Below, one piece after another: positions 19,772 through 28,705 of a DNA stretch of 64,000 nucleotides (within the stretch, counting starts at the first letter, position 1; each line of letters opens with the position of its first letter). The position numbers were made by a program, and so were the translations under genes. This DNA is from Candidatus Poribacteria bacterium (GTDB taxonomy: Bacteria > Poribacteria > WGA-4E > PCPOR2b). The notes beneath the pieces were generated by a model that made no database searches, was not told where the DNA came from, and worked only from the letters and a program-made list of their open reading frames with translations. Where the stretch lies: positions 2,560,001 to 2,624,000 of the forward strand of contig OZ244042.1 in assembly GCA_965215015.1 (NCBI GenBank). Reading direction: 5' to 3'.

Positions 19772-21019
19772 ATGAGCTATCCAACCGAACAACTAATAGC
19801 ACAAGAAACAGATCACAGCTTTGATGTCAACGTTTATACCCGCCTCGGCGTCAAGCCATTTATTAATGCTAATCTCCCTTTCACGTTTTTGAGCGCGACG
19901 GTGGTATGGCCGGAGGTGCGCCGAGCGATTGACGAGGCAGCGCATTATATGGTTGATGTAGTTGAACTGCAGCGGGGGGTGGGCAGGCGTCTTTCAGAGA
20001 TTTCAGGGGCAGAGTCCGGTATGATCTCCTCCGGAGCCGCCGGATCGATGGCACTTGCGACAGCAGCATGTATCGCAGGCACCGACCCAGAGAAAATTTG
20101 GCAACTCCCCGACACCACGGGTCTCAAAGATCAGGTTATCATGTGGGGCGGGCGAAGTATTTTCGACAGTGCATTGCGGCTGGTTGGGGGCAAACCGATA
20201 GTGGTTAGTTCGCTGGAGGTGCTGCGCCGTTCTATTAACGATAAGACTGCCATGCTCTGCACAGGATACTCCGCTGATCCAGACCCGGTGGCCCCACCAC
20301 CTTTGGCAGAAATGGTGTCGATTTGCAAGCCTTTGGGTGTCCCTGTATTCGTTGACGCAGCGGGTGGTATCCCGCCCATTGACAACCTCCGAAGATATGC
20401 CCGTATGGGCGTAGATTTGTATGGGTTTAGCGGAGGCAAGGGCTTACGGGGACCTCAAGCGAGTGGACTATTGCTTGGGCGGCAGGACCTGATTGAGGCG
20501 GCACTTGCCAATGCGGCGCCAGTTGAGGGGGCCGTATGCCGCGCCATGAAGGTCGGCAAGGAGGAAATTATCGGTTGCATGGCAGCCCTTGAAAAGTGGT
20601 TGACCATCGACCTTGATGCCTTGTATTGTGAACAGACGGAGATGTTGCAGAGAATCGCAATGTTCGTAGAGTCCGTCCCCGGTGTTGAAACTCAAATTGA
20701 AGTCCGTACCGGCAGTAACCGCTTTATGCAACTAGTTGTGCACTGGGACGAAGAGGCTTTTGGGCTCACTGTGGACGAGTGTGGACGCGAGTTGCGAGAA
20801 GGTGCCCCGTCTATATCGGTGCTGTGTAGTTACAACCCCTACGTAACGCGAGTTCGCGAATTCTACCCTCCAGCCGCTGTTGATGAGAAACCTATCAAGC
20901 GTCAGGGCAGCCCGCTAACGGTTTTTTCCCTTAGTCTTCAACCCGGCGAGGAACAAATTGTTGGAACCCGGCTTCGCGATGTTTTGAGGGCGGCACTTAA
21001 TAGGACTTTGTCATATTAA
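19772..21019 (+). CDS. SelA-like PLP enzyme (DgaE-like)
   Basis: LGVKPFINA, SGAAG, VDAAG, FSGGKGLRGPQ, RAMKVGKEEI. Confidence 0.85.
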   Translation: MSYPTEQLIAQETDHSFDVNVYTRLGVKPFINANLPFTFLSATVVWPEVRRAIDEAAHYMVDVVELQRGVGRRLSEISGAESGMISSGAAGSMALATAACIAGTDPEKIWQLPDTTGLKDQVIMWGGRSIFDSALRLVGGKPIVVSSLEVLRRSINDKTAMLCTGYSADPDPVAPPPLAEMVSICKPLGVPVFVDAAGGIPPIDNLRRYARMGVDLYGFSGGKGLRGPQASGLLLGRQDLIEAALANAAPVEGAVCRAMKVGKEEIIGCMAALEKWLTIDLDALYCEQTEMLQRIAMFVESVPGVETQIEVRTGSNRFMQLVVHWDEEAFGLTVDECGRELREGAPSISVLCSYNPYVTRVREFYPPAAVDEKPIKRQGSPLTVFSLSLQPGEEQIVGTRLRDVLRAALNRTLSY

Positions 21020-21095
21020 AATGGCCGAACACAAGTCTCACTACGAAGCGTTTTATTAAAAGCCAATAACTACTTATCTCCTTTCGTAATTATTC

Positions 21096-23849
21096 CTAAC
21101 GTCTCCGGATGGTGAGGTTCAAGGGCAAAAACAGCAGCACAGCACAGAATGCAAGCATCCACTGCCACTCTTTGAACAAGGGAGCAAACCCGAATATTCG
21201 TTGCGTCGTTGGCAGGTAGACTATTGATAGATGCAACACAGTACATGCAAAAATGGTAAAGCATAAAGGAAGATTTGCCTTTATCCTTTGGAAGACAGAT
21301 TCCCAAAAGAGGCGATGGCATTGGAAGTTTGAGATTAACAACCCCAAAATCAACGTTGTACACGCTGCTGTTTGGGCTGCGGCCTGAAGGTGCTGATCCG
21401 TTCCAGTTGAACTCATAGATGTAAGAATAAAGCTAAAAATGGTCATTGACGCAATGACAAAGCTGCGCAGCAGCACATCGTAGAAATCGGCTCGTGATAG
21501 GAAGGGTGGAATCTTTTGAGGTTTGCTATACTTGAAATCGCCACGGATGCGATCATGGCCCAGACTCATCAGTGGTATCAGATTTACGAGCAGATGCACC
21601 CAGAATAGCTGAAGCAAACTCAAGGGCATGGGTAGGTCACGCAGCGGTGGGAAAAAGAAACCCATATACGGCAGCGCACTTCCAATAATAAGTGTGATAA
21701 GCTGTGCAAGGCTGCAGGACAGCAACCAGCGCATTGAACTTCTCAAGTTCATATAAGATTCCCGTACGTGATGTATGAGCCTTGAGATGACGTCAAAACC
21801 ATCTTTAAGCACTACACATGTTGCATGGTGTTGAACAATATGCGAAGAGCGAATAGCGGAGGCAAAACTGACGTCAGCCATTCGCATTGCTCGTAAGTCG
21901 AGAGGGGATTTCCCCCAAAATCCGACAGAATTGCCAAGCCGTTTTAGATGTTGCACCAGATTTTGTTTCTGTTCAATAGAAGGCCGGCAATATACAAGTA
22001 AGCGATTCACAATTGATTCATAGTGATCCTCACTGAACTCAGCCAATTCTTCCTGTGTAACAACACCGTGTTTGTCTTGAACAATAGCAAGTTCTTTGGC
22101 AATATCTAGAGCGGCGTTCCGGTCTCTATCTGTTATGGTGATAATCTTAAGTCCCGCGTCAAGACAGGATTGGATTATCTCCCTTGAATCTGGGTAATCT
22201 AGTTCTGTAAAACTGATAAAGCCCAAGAACGTCATGTTCTGCTGCGTTTCTTCTAGGGAGGGCCGAGTACTCAAGTTTCGATAAGCAATGGCAAGGGCTC
22301 GAGTTCTGCTGCTTGATAGGTATTCAATCGCCTGCTGCGTCAATTGCTTTTGATCAAAACTCATGTAATTGGCATTTCCATCAAGTTGAATGCGATGACA
22401 CGTTTGTATAACTGCCTCTGCATCTCCAAACATCAGCTTTAAGAACTTTCCATCTTGGAGTGCGAAAACAAGCGTTTTGTATGGATGTTCTGGGGTCTGA
22501 GGTTGTTCATCGATCTTAGTGAAAGCCTCATTGTAACGTTCCAAATCAAATCCAATTCTTTCGGCAATTTGGTTTAACGTGGCACCGATGCTCGCTTCTG
22601 CTATAGTCGAAGTTCTATCTAGGCTCTTCCGGCCGTTATCACTGGCACAACGGCTTGCGAGTAAGATCAGCAGTGGAAACTCGGATGGCACCTCCGAATC
22701 CGGCAGCGTGTTTGAAATTGTATCTCCGCCAATCTTATCTGATATGTGCTCACCAAGGGATTTGAGCCAATCTTCCCATGTCTGCTGATCCACGAGGCTT
22801 TCATCCACGAAAACATGTGAAACAGTCAGCTCCTCCTTCATAAAATTGCCGACTTCATTCACACAAACTGCTGTTAGTTTGCTCAGTCTCTCCAGATTAA
22901 CGAGATTACGAATTGCGACCCCCTTTTCCAAGAGTCTGTAAGCGTGTTGAGCCAAGATGGCTCGACTCGTTGAAGCAATCCCTTCAGGAATCGAAGCGAC
23001 GACAAAACCGAATCCGAGAAACAGAAGTTCACTCCAGTGGGTACTTTTGTCTTGAAGTAGCCACGCTACGGCCACCGCTGCCCCTCCCAGTATACCTCCA
23101 GCGATTCGGAAATAGTCGTAAAAGAAGCCCATCTGTACTTCCGCTTCGGCATCTAGGTCAACAATTGCAGGCGTGCGCTGATCGGATTGATTTATTCCCA
23201 ATTGATTGCCGCTCCCAACAACAATTGCCTGCGCTTCTCCTTCAAGGACATACGTTCCGGCAAAAATCATATTGCTCTGCTTTTCAGGGGGCAGGTCCGG
23301 TGTAGAAATTTCCTCATCAGTTTTCTGCGTGTAGGTTGTGGTTCCAAATACCGGGGCTTCATCAACAACCAGAGCGTCGGCCTCAACAATGCGGGCATCA
23401 GCGGCAATATAATCTCCTTCTTTCAGGAGTAACAGATCACCGGGAACAATTGCTGTAGGGGGAAGCTTGATAACATTCCCATCCCGAATAACGGATACAC
23501 TGACCTCTAAATGCGTTGTAATAGACTGCAGCTGATAGTGTGTTCTGCCAGCCTGAATGAATCGCCAGAGAATATGAAAACAGAGAATCGCCGAAAACAC
23601 CAAGATTTCGTGAATCGCACGTTGGAAATAGAGAAGTGCACAGATAACAACGAACAGGAGAATGACTGTTAAGTTGGAAAATTGCTTCAGTAAGAGAATG
23701 AACAGTGAACTTTCTTGAGATCGCAGCGTTTCGTTGCGACCATATTTGTTAGCTTGAGCGGCTGCTTCCTCGCTACTTAATCCGCGTTCAAGGTCTGTCC
23801 TGAATTCATGTAGAAGATGTGGAATTTTTTGGGTGTACCAATTTGACAT
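21096..23849 (-). CDS. Type IIA P-type ATPase homologue lacking catalytic motifs (pseudo-ATPase)
   Basis: GLSSEEA..YGRN, VIRDG, VPGD, ADAR, SIPEGI and a multi-TM layout are present; DKTGT is replaced by NEVGN. Confidence 0.85.
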   Translation of the reverse strand: MSNWYTQKIPHLLHEFRTDLERGLSSEEAAAQANKYGRNETLRSQESSLFILLLKQFSNLTVILLFVVICALLYFQRAIHEILVFSAILCFHILWRFIQAGRTHYQLQSITTHLEVSVSVIRDGNVIKLPPTAIVPGDLLLLKEGDYIAADARIVEADALVVDEAPVFGTTTYTQKTDEEISTPDLPPEKQSNMIFAGTYVLEGEAQAIVVGSGNQLGINQSDQRTPAIVDLDAEAEVQMGFFYDYFRIAGGILGGAAVAVAWLLQDKSTHWSELLFLGFGFVVASIPEGIASTSRAILAQHAYRLLEKGVAIRNLVNLERLSKLTAVCVNEVGNFMKEELTVSHVFVDESLVDQQTWEDWLKSLGEHISDKIGGDTISNTLPDSEVPSEFPLLILLASRCASDNGRKSLDRTSTIAEASIGATLNQIAERIGFDLERYNEAFTKIDEQPQTPEHPYKTLVFALQDGKFLKLMFGDAEAVIQTCHRIQLDGNANYMSFDQKQLTQQAIEYLSSSRTRALAIAYRNLSTRPSLEETQQNMTFLGFISFTELDYPDSREIIQSCLDAGLKIITITDRDRNAALDIAKELAIVQDKHGVVTQEELAEFSEDHYESIVNRLLVYCRPSIEQKQNLVQHLKRLGNSVGFWGKSPLDLRAMRMADVSFASAIRSSHIVQHHATCVVLKDGFDVISRLIHHVRESYMNLRSSMRWLLSCSLAQLITLIIGSALPYMGFFFPPLRDLPMPLSLLQLFWVHLLVNLIPLMSLGHDRIRGDFKYSKPQKIPPFLSRADFYDVLLRSFVIASMTIFSFILTSMSSTGTDQHLQAAAQTAACTTLILGLLISNFQCHRLFWESVFQRIKANLPLCFTIFACTVLHLSIVYLPTTQRIFGFAPLFKEWQWMLAFCAVLLFLPLNLTIRRR

Positions 23850-24000
23850 GGTTCAAAATTCTTGTCTGAAAACTGAGTAGGCGTAGAAACTGAAGATGTT
23901 GTTAAAAGGTTGGGATGACTCAAATAGAATCTATCCGATAACATCTGCCTCGTAGTAGGGGTTGAAATATATTTTACCATGTAATTGTATGTCTGAAAAC

Positions 24001-24030
24001 AAAAAAAGCCTCGTCTAATGACAAGGCTTT
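24001..24030 (-). terminator. Intrinsic terminator after rplU-rpmA
   Basis: Minus strand AAAGCCTTGTC-ATTA-GACGAGGCTTT followed by a T run. Confidence 0.7.
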
Positions 24031-24035
24031 AATAA

Positions 24036-24176
24036 TGACAAGGCTTTAAACGTAACCAATATGATGGTGCGACAATCTTGACTCAATCCGCGCGGAACAT
24101 TGCACGAGAGTCCGGGCATTTTCAATTTACCTTATACGGTGGCGCGATATTCAGGGTATTTGAAGCGGGCTTGTCA
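24036..24176. ncRNA. Candidate rod-like structured RNA (possibly 6S-like)
   Basis: Nested pairings TGACAAG/CTTGTCA, GCTTTAAA/TTTGAAGC and AATAT/ATATT close a ~141-nt intergenic segment. Confidence 0.3.
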
Positions 24177-24194
24177 GCAAGATTAGATAAGTGG

Positions 24195-24461
24195 CTAAAA
24201 ATCGGGACGTTCTGAGTAAACGCTAACTTTTCTGCGGAATTTATCCTTCCGCTCAAACCAGACATAACCATCAATTGTCGAGTAGAGCGTGTAATCGTTC
24301 CCAACCCCAACATTTTTTCCGGGGTGGATGTGTGTACCGCGCTGTCGGACCAGAATGCTTCCAGCGGTTACAGCACTCCCAGAAAACTGCTTGACGCCAA
24401 GCCGTTTACCGATACTATCTCGTCCATTGCTTGTACTTCCGCCGCCTTTTTTATGAGCCAT
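24195..24461 (-). CDS. rpmA: 50S ribosomal protein L27
   Basis: [31 protein letters not shown]. Confidence 0.97.
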   Translation of the reverse strand: MAHKKGGGSTSNGRDSIGKRLGVKQFSGSAVTAGSILVRQRGTHIHPGKNVGVGNDYTLYSTIDGYVWFERKDKFRRKVSVYSERPDF

Positions 24462-24804
24462 TTTCGTTTTCCTCCTTAGCTGCGAGATTTTCGCCTCGTA
24501 TTTCAGTAATACGCAATCGGGTAAATTGCTGCCGGTGTCCCAATTTCCGCTTGTAGCCTTTGCGCCTTTTCGACTTGAAAACAACGATTTTTTTGCTCTT
24601 AGCTTGTTGCACAACTTCACCAATAACGGCGGCATTTTCGAGGTATGGTGTACCCACTTGTACATTGCCGCTACTATCGCCTATAGCCAATATTTCTGAT
24701 AGGGTTACCTCTTCACCGACAGGTGCATCTAACTTTTCAATGTCAATTAGCGTATCCACCTGCACACGATGCTGTTTCCCACCTGAGGCAAATACAGCAT
24801 ACAT
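24451..24804 (-). CDS. rplU: 50S ribosomal protein L21
   Basis: [31 protein letters not shown]. Confidence 0.97.
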   Translation of the reverse strand: MYAVFASGGKQHRVQVDTLIDIEKLDAPVGEEVTLSEILAIGDSSGNVQVGTPYLENAAVIGEVVQQAKSKKIVVFKSKRRKGYKRKLGHRQQFTRLRITEIRGENLAAKEENENGS

Positions 24805-24874
24805 CTTTCTTTCTCCTTAAAAAATTTGTGTAGTAGTTACGTCCCCTTTAAAGTAGGTGGGGACGCAAATAAAA

Positions 24875-24903
24875 AGTATAACAAAAATTTTCTTAACAGT
24901 CAA
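24875..24903 (-). promoter_or_regulatory. Sigma70-type promoter for rplU, followed by a leader hairpin at 24838-24866
   Basis: Minus strand TTGACT-17 bp-TATACT; GCGTCCCC..GGGGACGT stem in the 5' UTR. Confidence 0.65.
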
Positions 24904-24905
24904 TG

Positions 24906-26453
24906 CTAATTCAAGTGAATCTCGCGATTAGAACCTTCTGCAAAGATTTGGTAATCTTCAAGATGTATATCCGCATCTCCTTGCAGCCAAATCTGTAGAT
25001 TCATTGATTTTTCGAGTTGTCCCAGTCTACTCGCTTTATCGTCAAGCAGATGGGATACGATATGTTCGTTTGCAACTACCCTCAACCTTCTTTTCCGCGA
25101 TTTCCGATGGGCTTTTTTTATAGACCGTAACAGATTAATTGTAATTGTATCGGTCGAGAGGACGGAACCGTGTCCATCACAATAGGGGCAAGATTCGGTG
25201 AGAACGGTCGCTAAGCTGGGACGGGTCCGCTGTCGTGTCATTTCCACAAGTCCAAGTTCGGATATGTGCAAAAGGTTGGTTCGGGCCCGATCTTTGTCTA
25301 ACGCCTGCTGCAACAACTTATAGACCATTCGGCGATGTTCGGGGGCATCCATGTCAATAAAATCGATGACGATAATTCCTCCCAAGTCTCTTAGGCGAAT
25401 CTGCCGCACGACCTCCTCAACGGCTTCTAGGTTTGCGCTCAAGATGGTATTATCGGGATTTCCTTTCCCGACAAATTTCCCCGTATTGACATCAATAGAA
25501 ACCATCGCCTCCGTCTGTTGGATAACGAGGTGTCCACCACATTTGAGCCAGATTTTTTCACTCAGTGCTTTTTCGAGTTCTTTATCAATACCGTAGGATT
25601 CAAAGATAGGTGTTGATTTATCGTAGAATTTAATCTGTGAACTCGGTTCAGAAAGAGAAGATGAGAGATAATTCATTGCTTCCTGATACTGCTCTTTGGA
25701 ATCTATGACCACCCGTGTGACCTCACTTGTGAACGAATCTCGAACAACTCGGACAATAAAGCTATGTTCTTTATGGACCAGGCTAGGTGCGGACATTTTC
25801 TCAGCTTGTTTAACAATCCGTTTCCATTGTTCAACAAGGTACTTAATCTCCGCGGTAAAGTCCGCTTCACTTTTTCCTTCAGCAGACGTCCGAATAATAA
25901 ATCCACCTTCAATATCAGTACGTATTGCTTCGGCAATCTCTCTGAGGCGTTGTCTTTCTTCTGCTGATTCAATTCGTCGGGAGACGCCGATATTCGACGC
26001 GGTGGGCAGATAGACAACGTACCGCCCAGGAAGTGTGATGCAGGTGGTCACACGGGGCCCCTTTGTGCCGATCGGCTCCTTTCCAACCTGCACTAGGATG
26101 TCTTGATTTGGGTGAATGAGGTCGCTGATGGAATAAGCATATCCCCTTCCGGGCTTCGGTGACTTTGCTGAATTTTTATTTAGGTCGAGTTTCGCGGCAT
26201 CTTCGCTGGAGCTATTCTCATCCAGATCGCGAATGATATCCGAAATATGCAGAAAAGCGTGTCGTTCCAATCCAATATTCACGAAGGCAATCTGCATACC
26301 GGGGAGGACGTTTTCTACACGCCCTTTATAAGTGTTGTTAAGCGTATGCTCGTTATTTTTGCGTTCAATAGCAATTTCGGTCAGAACGCCATCTTCGAGT
26401 ATAGCACATCGCGTTTCATACTCATCGTCAGAAATGATAATCTCTTTTTGCAT
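24906..26453 (-). CDS. rng: Ribonuclease E/G family
   Basis: S1 region VLPGMQIAFV, KEPIGTKGP, IDVNTG, RLRDLGGIIVIDFIDM, CPYC; GGAGG RBS. Confidence 0.92.
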   Translation of the reverse strand: MQKEIIISDDEYETRCAILEDGVLTEIAIERKNNEHTLNNTYKGRVENVLPGMQIAFVNIGLERHAFLHISDIIRDLDENSSSEDAAKLDLNKNSAKSPKPGRGYAYSISDLIHPNQDILVQVGKEPIGTKGPRVTTCITLPGRYVVYLPTASNIGVSRRIESAEERQRLREIAEAIRTDIEGGFIIRTSAEGKSEADFTAEIKYLVEQWKRIVKQAEKMSAPSLVHKEHSFIVRVVRDSFTSEVTRVVIDSKEQYQEAMNYLSSSLSEPSSQIKFYDKSTPIFESYGIDKELEKALSEKIWLKCGGHLVIQQTEAMVSIDVNTGKFVGKGNPDNTILSANLEAVEEVVRQIRLRDLGGIIVIDFIDMDAPEHRRMVYKLLQQALDKDRARTNLLHISELGLVEMTRQRTRPSLATVLTESCPYCDGHGSVLSTDTITINLLRSIKKAHRKSRKRRLRVVANEHIVSHLLDDKASRLGQLEKSMNLQIWLQGDADIHLEDYQIFAEGSNREIHLN

Positions 26454-26813
26454 TGTCGCCTCCGGTCTGAAGTTCAAGAACTAGGCCACAAAACTCACAA
26501 CCGATCTATCCATGGAGGCAACGAACAAAACAATGAGGTTCGAGAAAAAGCAATCTTTTAATTGATAATAGTAATCCGTATGCTTTTGCATTGTCCGGTA
26601 ATATCGGACAATATAGCCCCGGCGTAAGACCTACGACAGGTACAGTGTCACTCTTTTTTTCTTTGGTACTGTACTATCAGTATATTCGTAACAATCTTCA
26701 CCATGATTGCATCCAGAGCTGAAACGTAAAGCAATTCTCCTATCACGTTTCACGTATTGCATCCAAATTCTTAAATTGTTGAGAAATATCGTAAGAATTT
26801 GAAAATTAAAAGA

Positions 26814-26933
26814 TTAAGTGAGCATGTGCACTATCACTAAATATGTAAGAAGACCGCATGAAAGCAGGATAAACACCAAAAGTACCAAGCCGTTGGAAGC
26901 AGCGAGAAAATAGGTGAGGGCGTGAAGGAACAC
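26814..26933 (-). CDS. Possible 39-aa hydrophobic small protein
   Basis: GTG-start ORF FLHALTYFLAASNGLVLLVFILLSCGLLTYLVIVHMLT in a ~570-bp gap; no clear RBS. Confidence 0.25.
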   Translation of the reverse strand: MFLHALTYFLAASNGLVLLVFILLSCGLLTYLVIVHMLT

Positions 26934-27052
26934 CCTTCTGCCCCTGCTGTATTATGGCTTATGTATGTTCGCGCTAGACTGAAAATGCTGTCCCATGGAA
27001 TTCTTCACAGCTATCTGTTAGTACACCCTCCCAACCTGAGTTGATTAGAACC

Positions 27053-28627
27053 TTAACTTTGTTCGCGCGGAGTCATTGTGACCACTGGTATAATCAATTC
27101 TCCCGTTGAGATACCTCCGTGTTGGAAACCACCTCGAAACTGGCGGGTATATTCATTGAATTGATTGGGGTAAACGAAGTAATAATCTTCTTTTGCGATA
27201 ATGTAGTTTTTGCTTGAGGTTTCAGCAGGTAATCTATACTGTCTCGGATTGTCGATATAAATGGCTTGATTCGTATCACACCCTAAATTTGCGCCAACTT
27301 TGAAACGGAGGCTTGTAGAGGTTTCGCGGTTCCCATACGCCCTTGATGGTCGATTACAGAGGACCGAACCGTGATCTGACGTGAGAACGATAGCGGCGTT
27401 CTGATTCGAGATAATCTTTAAGATTTTGAACAGTGCCGAGTGAGCGAACCAAGATTTCGTTAGGGATTGAAAGGCAGATTCATCCGGCGCAATCTGTTGA
27501 AGAATATCGGACTGCGAACGCTGATGCGTCAACATATCAATGAAATTAACGACCAAAGCAGATAGGCTGATCCGATCAAATGAAGATACTTGGCGTATAA
27601 ATTCATTGCCACCTTTGATATCGAAGATTTTAAAATACTTTAATCCGGGTTTAAGCTTGATTCCTGCACGTTGGATTTGGAGTTGGAGGAGGTGTCTTTC
27701 GTAACGGTTTGTGCTGGTTTCGTCCGCAGCGTCCTCCTGCCAGTACTGTGGAAATCTTTCTGCAATCTCTTGTGGAAACAGACCACTAAAAATCGCATTG
27801 CGTGAGTAGAGTGTTGCGCTCGGTAAAATTGAAAAGTAGTAATCCCTATCAATATAGAAGTAGGGTTGGAGCAAGGATTCGATTGCTATCCAGTGATCCA
27901 GTCGTAGACAATCAACGACAATCAAATACACCTGGCGTTCTTGGCGCAGATGCGGGATAACAAATTTATCGACAACATCAACAGACAAGGGCGGTGAATC
28001 CTCACCTTGTAACCAGCCGAGATAGTTTTCCTGCACATAATCGGAAAATAGAGCATTACACTCTTTTTTCTGCTCTAAATGGGTTTCTTCAAGCCCTGTT
28101 TGGGCCAAGCAATCAAACTCAAAATCCCATTGGAGCAATTTCAGATAGATTTCTATCCATTGCCGCCAGTCTGGGCCTGCGTCCTTACTGGCGCGGATCT
28201 GATTAAAATCGTGGGTATAGTTGCGTGGCACCTGTGCTTCGATGATTTTGGTCTGATCCAGTACACGCTTCAAGGTTGAAGCAATCTGAGCAACGCCAAT
28301 GGGTTTCACCAAAAAGTCGCTAATCCGTTTGCCTAGTGCCTCATTGATTAACCGGTCCTCACTGCCTTGCGTGACCATAATTACTGGCAAGATAGGATTA
28401 ATTTCACGGATTCGATCAAGCGTTGTCATACCATCTTGCCCGGGCATAACCTGATCAAGCAAGACGGCATCATAATAAGATTCTTTGAGTAGCGAGATAG
28501 CATCGGTCCCATTGGAAACCGGTGTGATATCGTAAGATTTTTCGCGGAGCAGAAGAATGTGGGGTTTCAGTGCATCGATTTCATCATCAACCCATAGAAT
28601 TTTACGCGTTGTGGCTTGTGCTAACAC
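27053..28627 (-). CDS. PorX-like response regulator (REC + PglZ/alkaline-phosphatase domain)
   Basis: ILWVDDE, LLDQVMPG, VDCLRLD, ILPSATLYSRN, NFIDMLTH, TSDHG, FQHGG. Confidence 0.9.
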   Translation of the reverse strand: MLAQATTRKILWVDDEIDALKPHILLLREKSYDITPVSNGTDAISLLKESYYDAVLLDQVMPGQDGMTTLDRIREINPILPVIMVTQGSEDRLINEALGKRISDFLVKPIGVAQIASTLKRVLDQTKIIEAQVPRNYTHDFNQIRASKDAGPDWRQWIEIYLKLLQWDFEFDCLAQTGLEETHLEQKKECNALFSDYVQENYLGWLQGEDSPPLSVDVVDKFVIPHLRQERQVYLIVVDCLRLDHWIAIESLLQPYFYIDRDYYFSILPSATLYSRNAIFSGLFPQEIAERFPQYWQEDAADETSTNRYERHLLQLQIQRAGIKLKPGLKYFKIFDIKGGNEFIRQVSSFDRISLSALVVNFIDMLTHQRSQSDILQQIAPDESAFQSLTKSWFAHSALFKILKIISNQNAAIVLTSDHGSVLCNRPSRAYGNRETSTSLRFKVGANLGCDTNQAIYIDNPRQYRLPAETSSKNYIIAKEDYYFVYPNQFNEYTRQFRGGFQHGGISTGELIIPVVTMTPREQS

Positions 28628-28705
28628 TTTGTCCCCTTTTCTTTTTCCCCTTAAATTTCACCCGGAATAAATTATAAGTAGATTTTTTCTCAGCATCTTT
28701 GATGC

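Noticed and set aside
19772-21019. True selenocysteine synthase selA
   Set aside because: Motifs fit the shorter SelA-like/DgaE group, and no selB, selC or selD is nearby.
27053-28627. BREX defence system (PglZ)
   Set aside because: The PglZ domain is fused to a receiver domain in PorX fashion, and no brxC, pglX or brxL is present.
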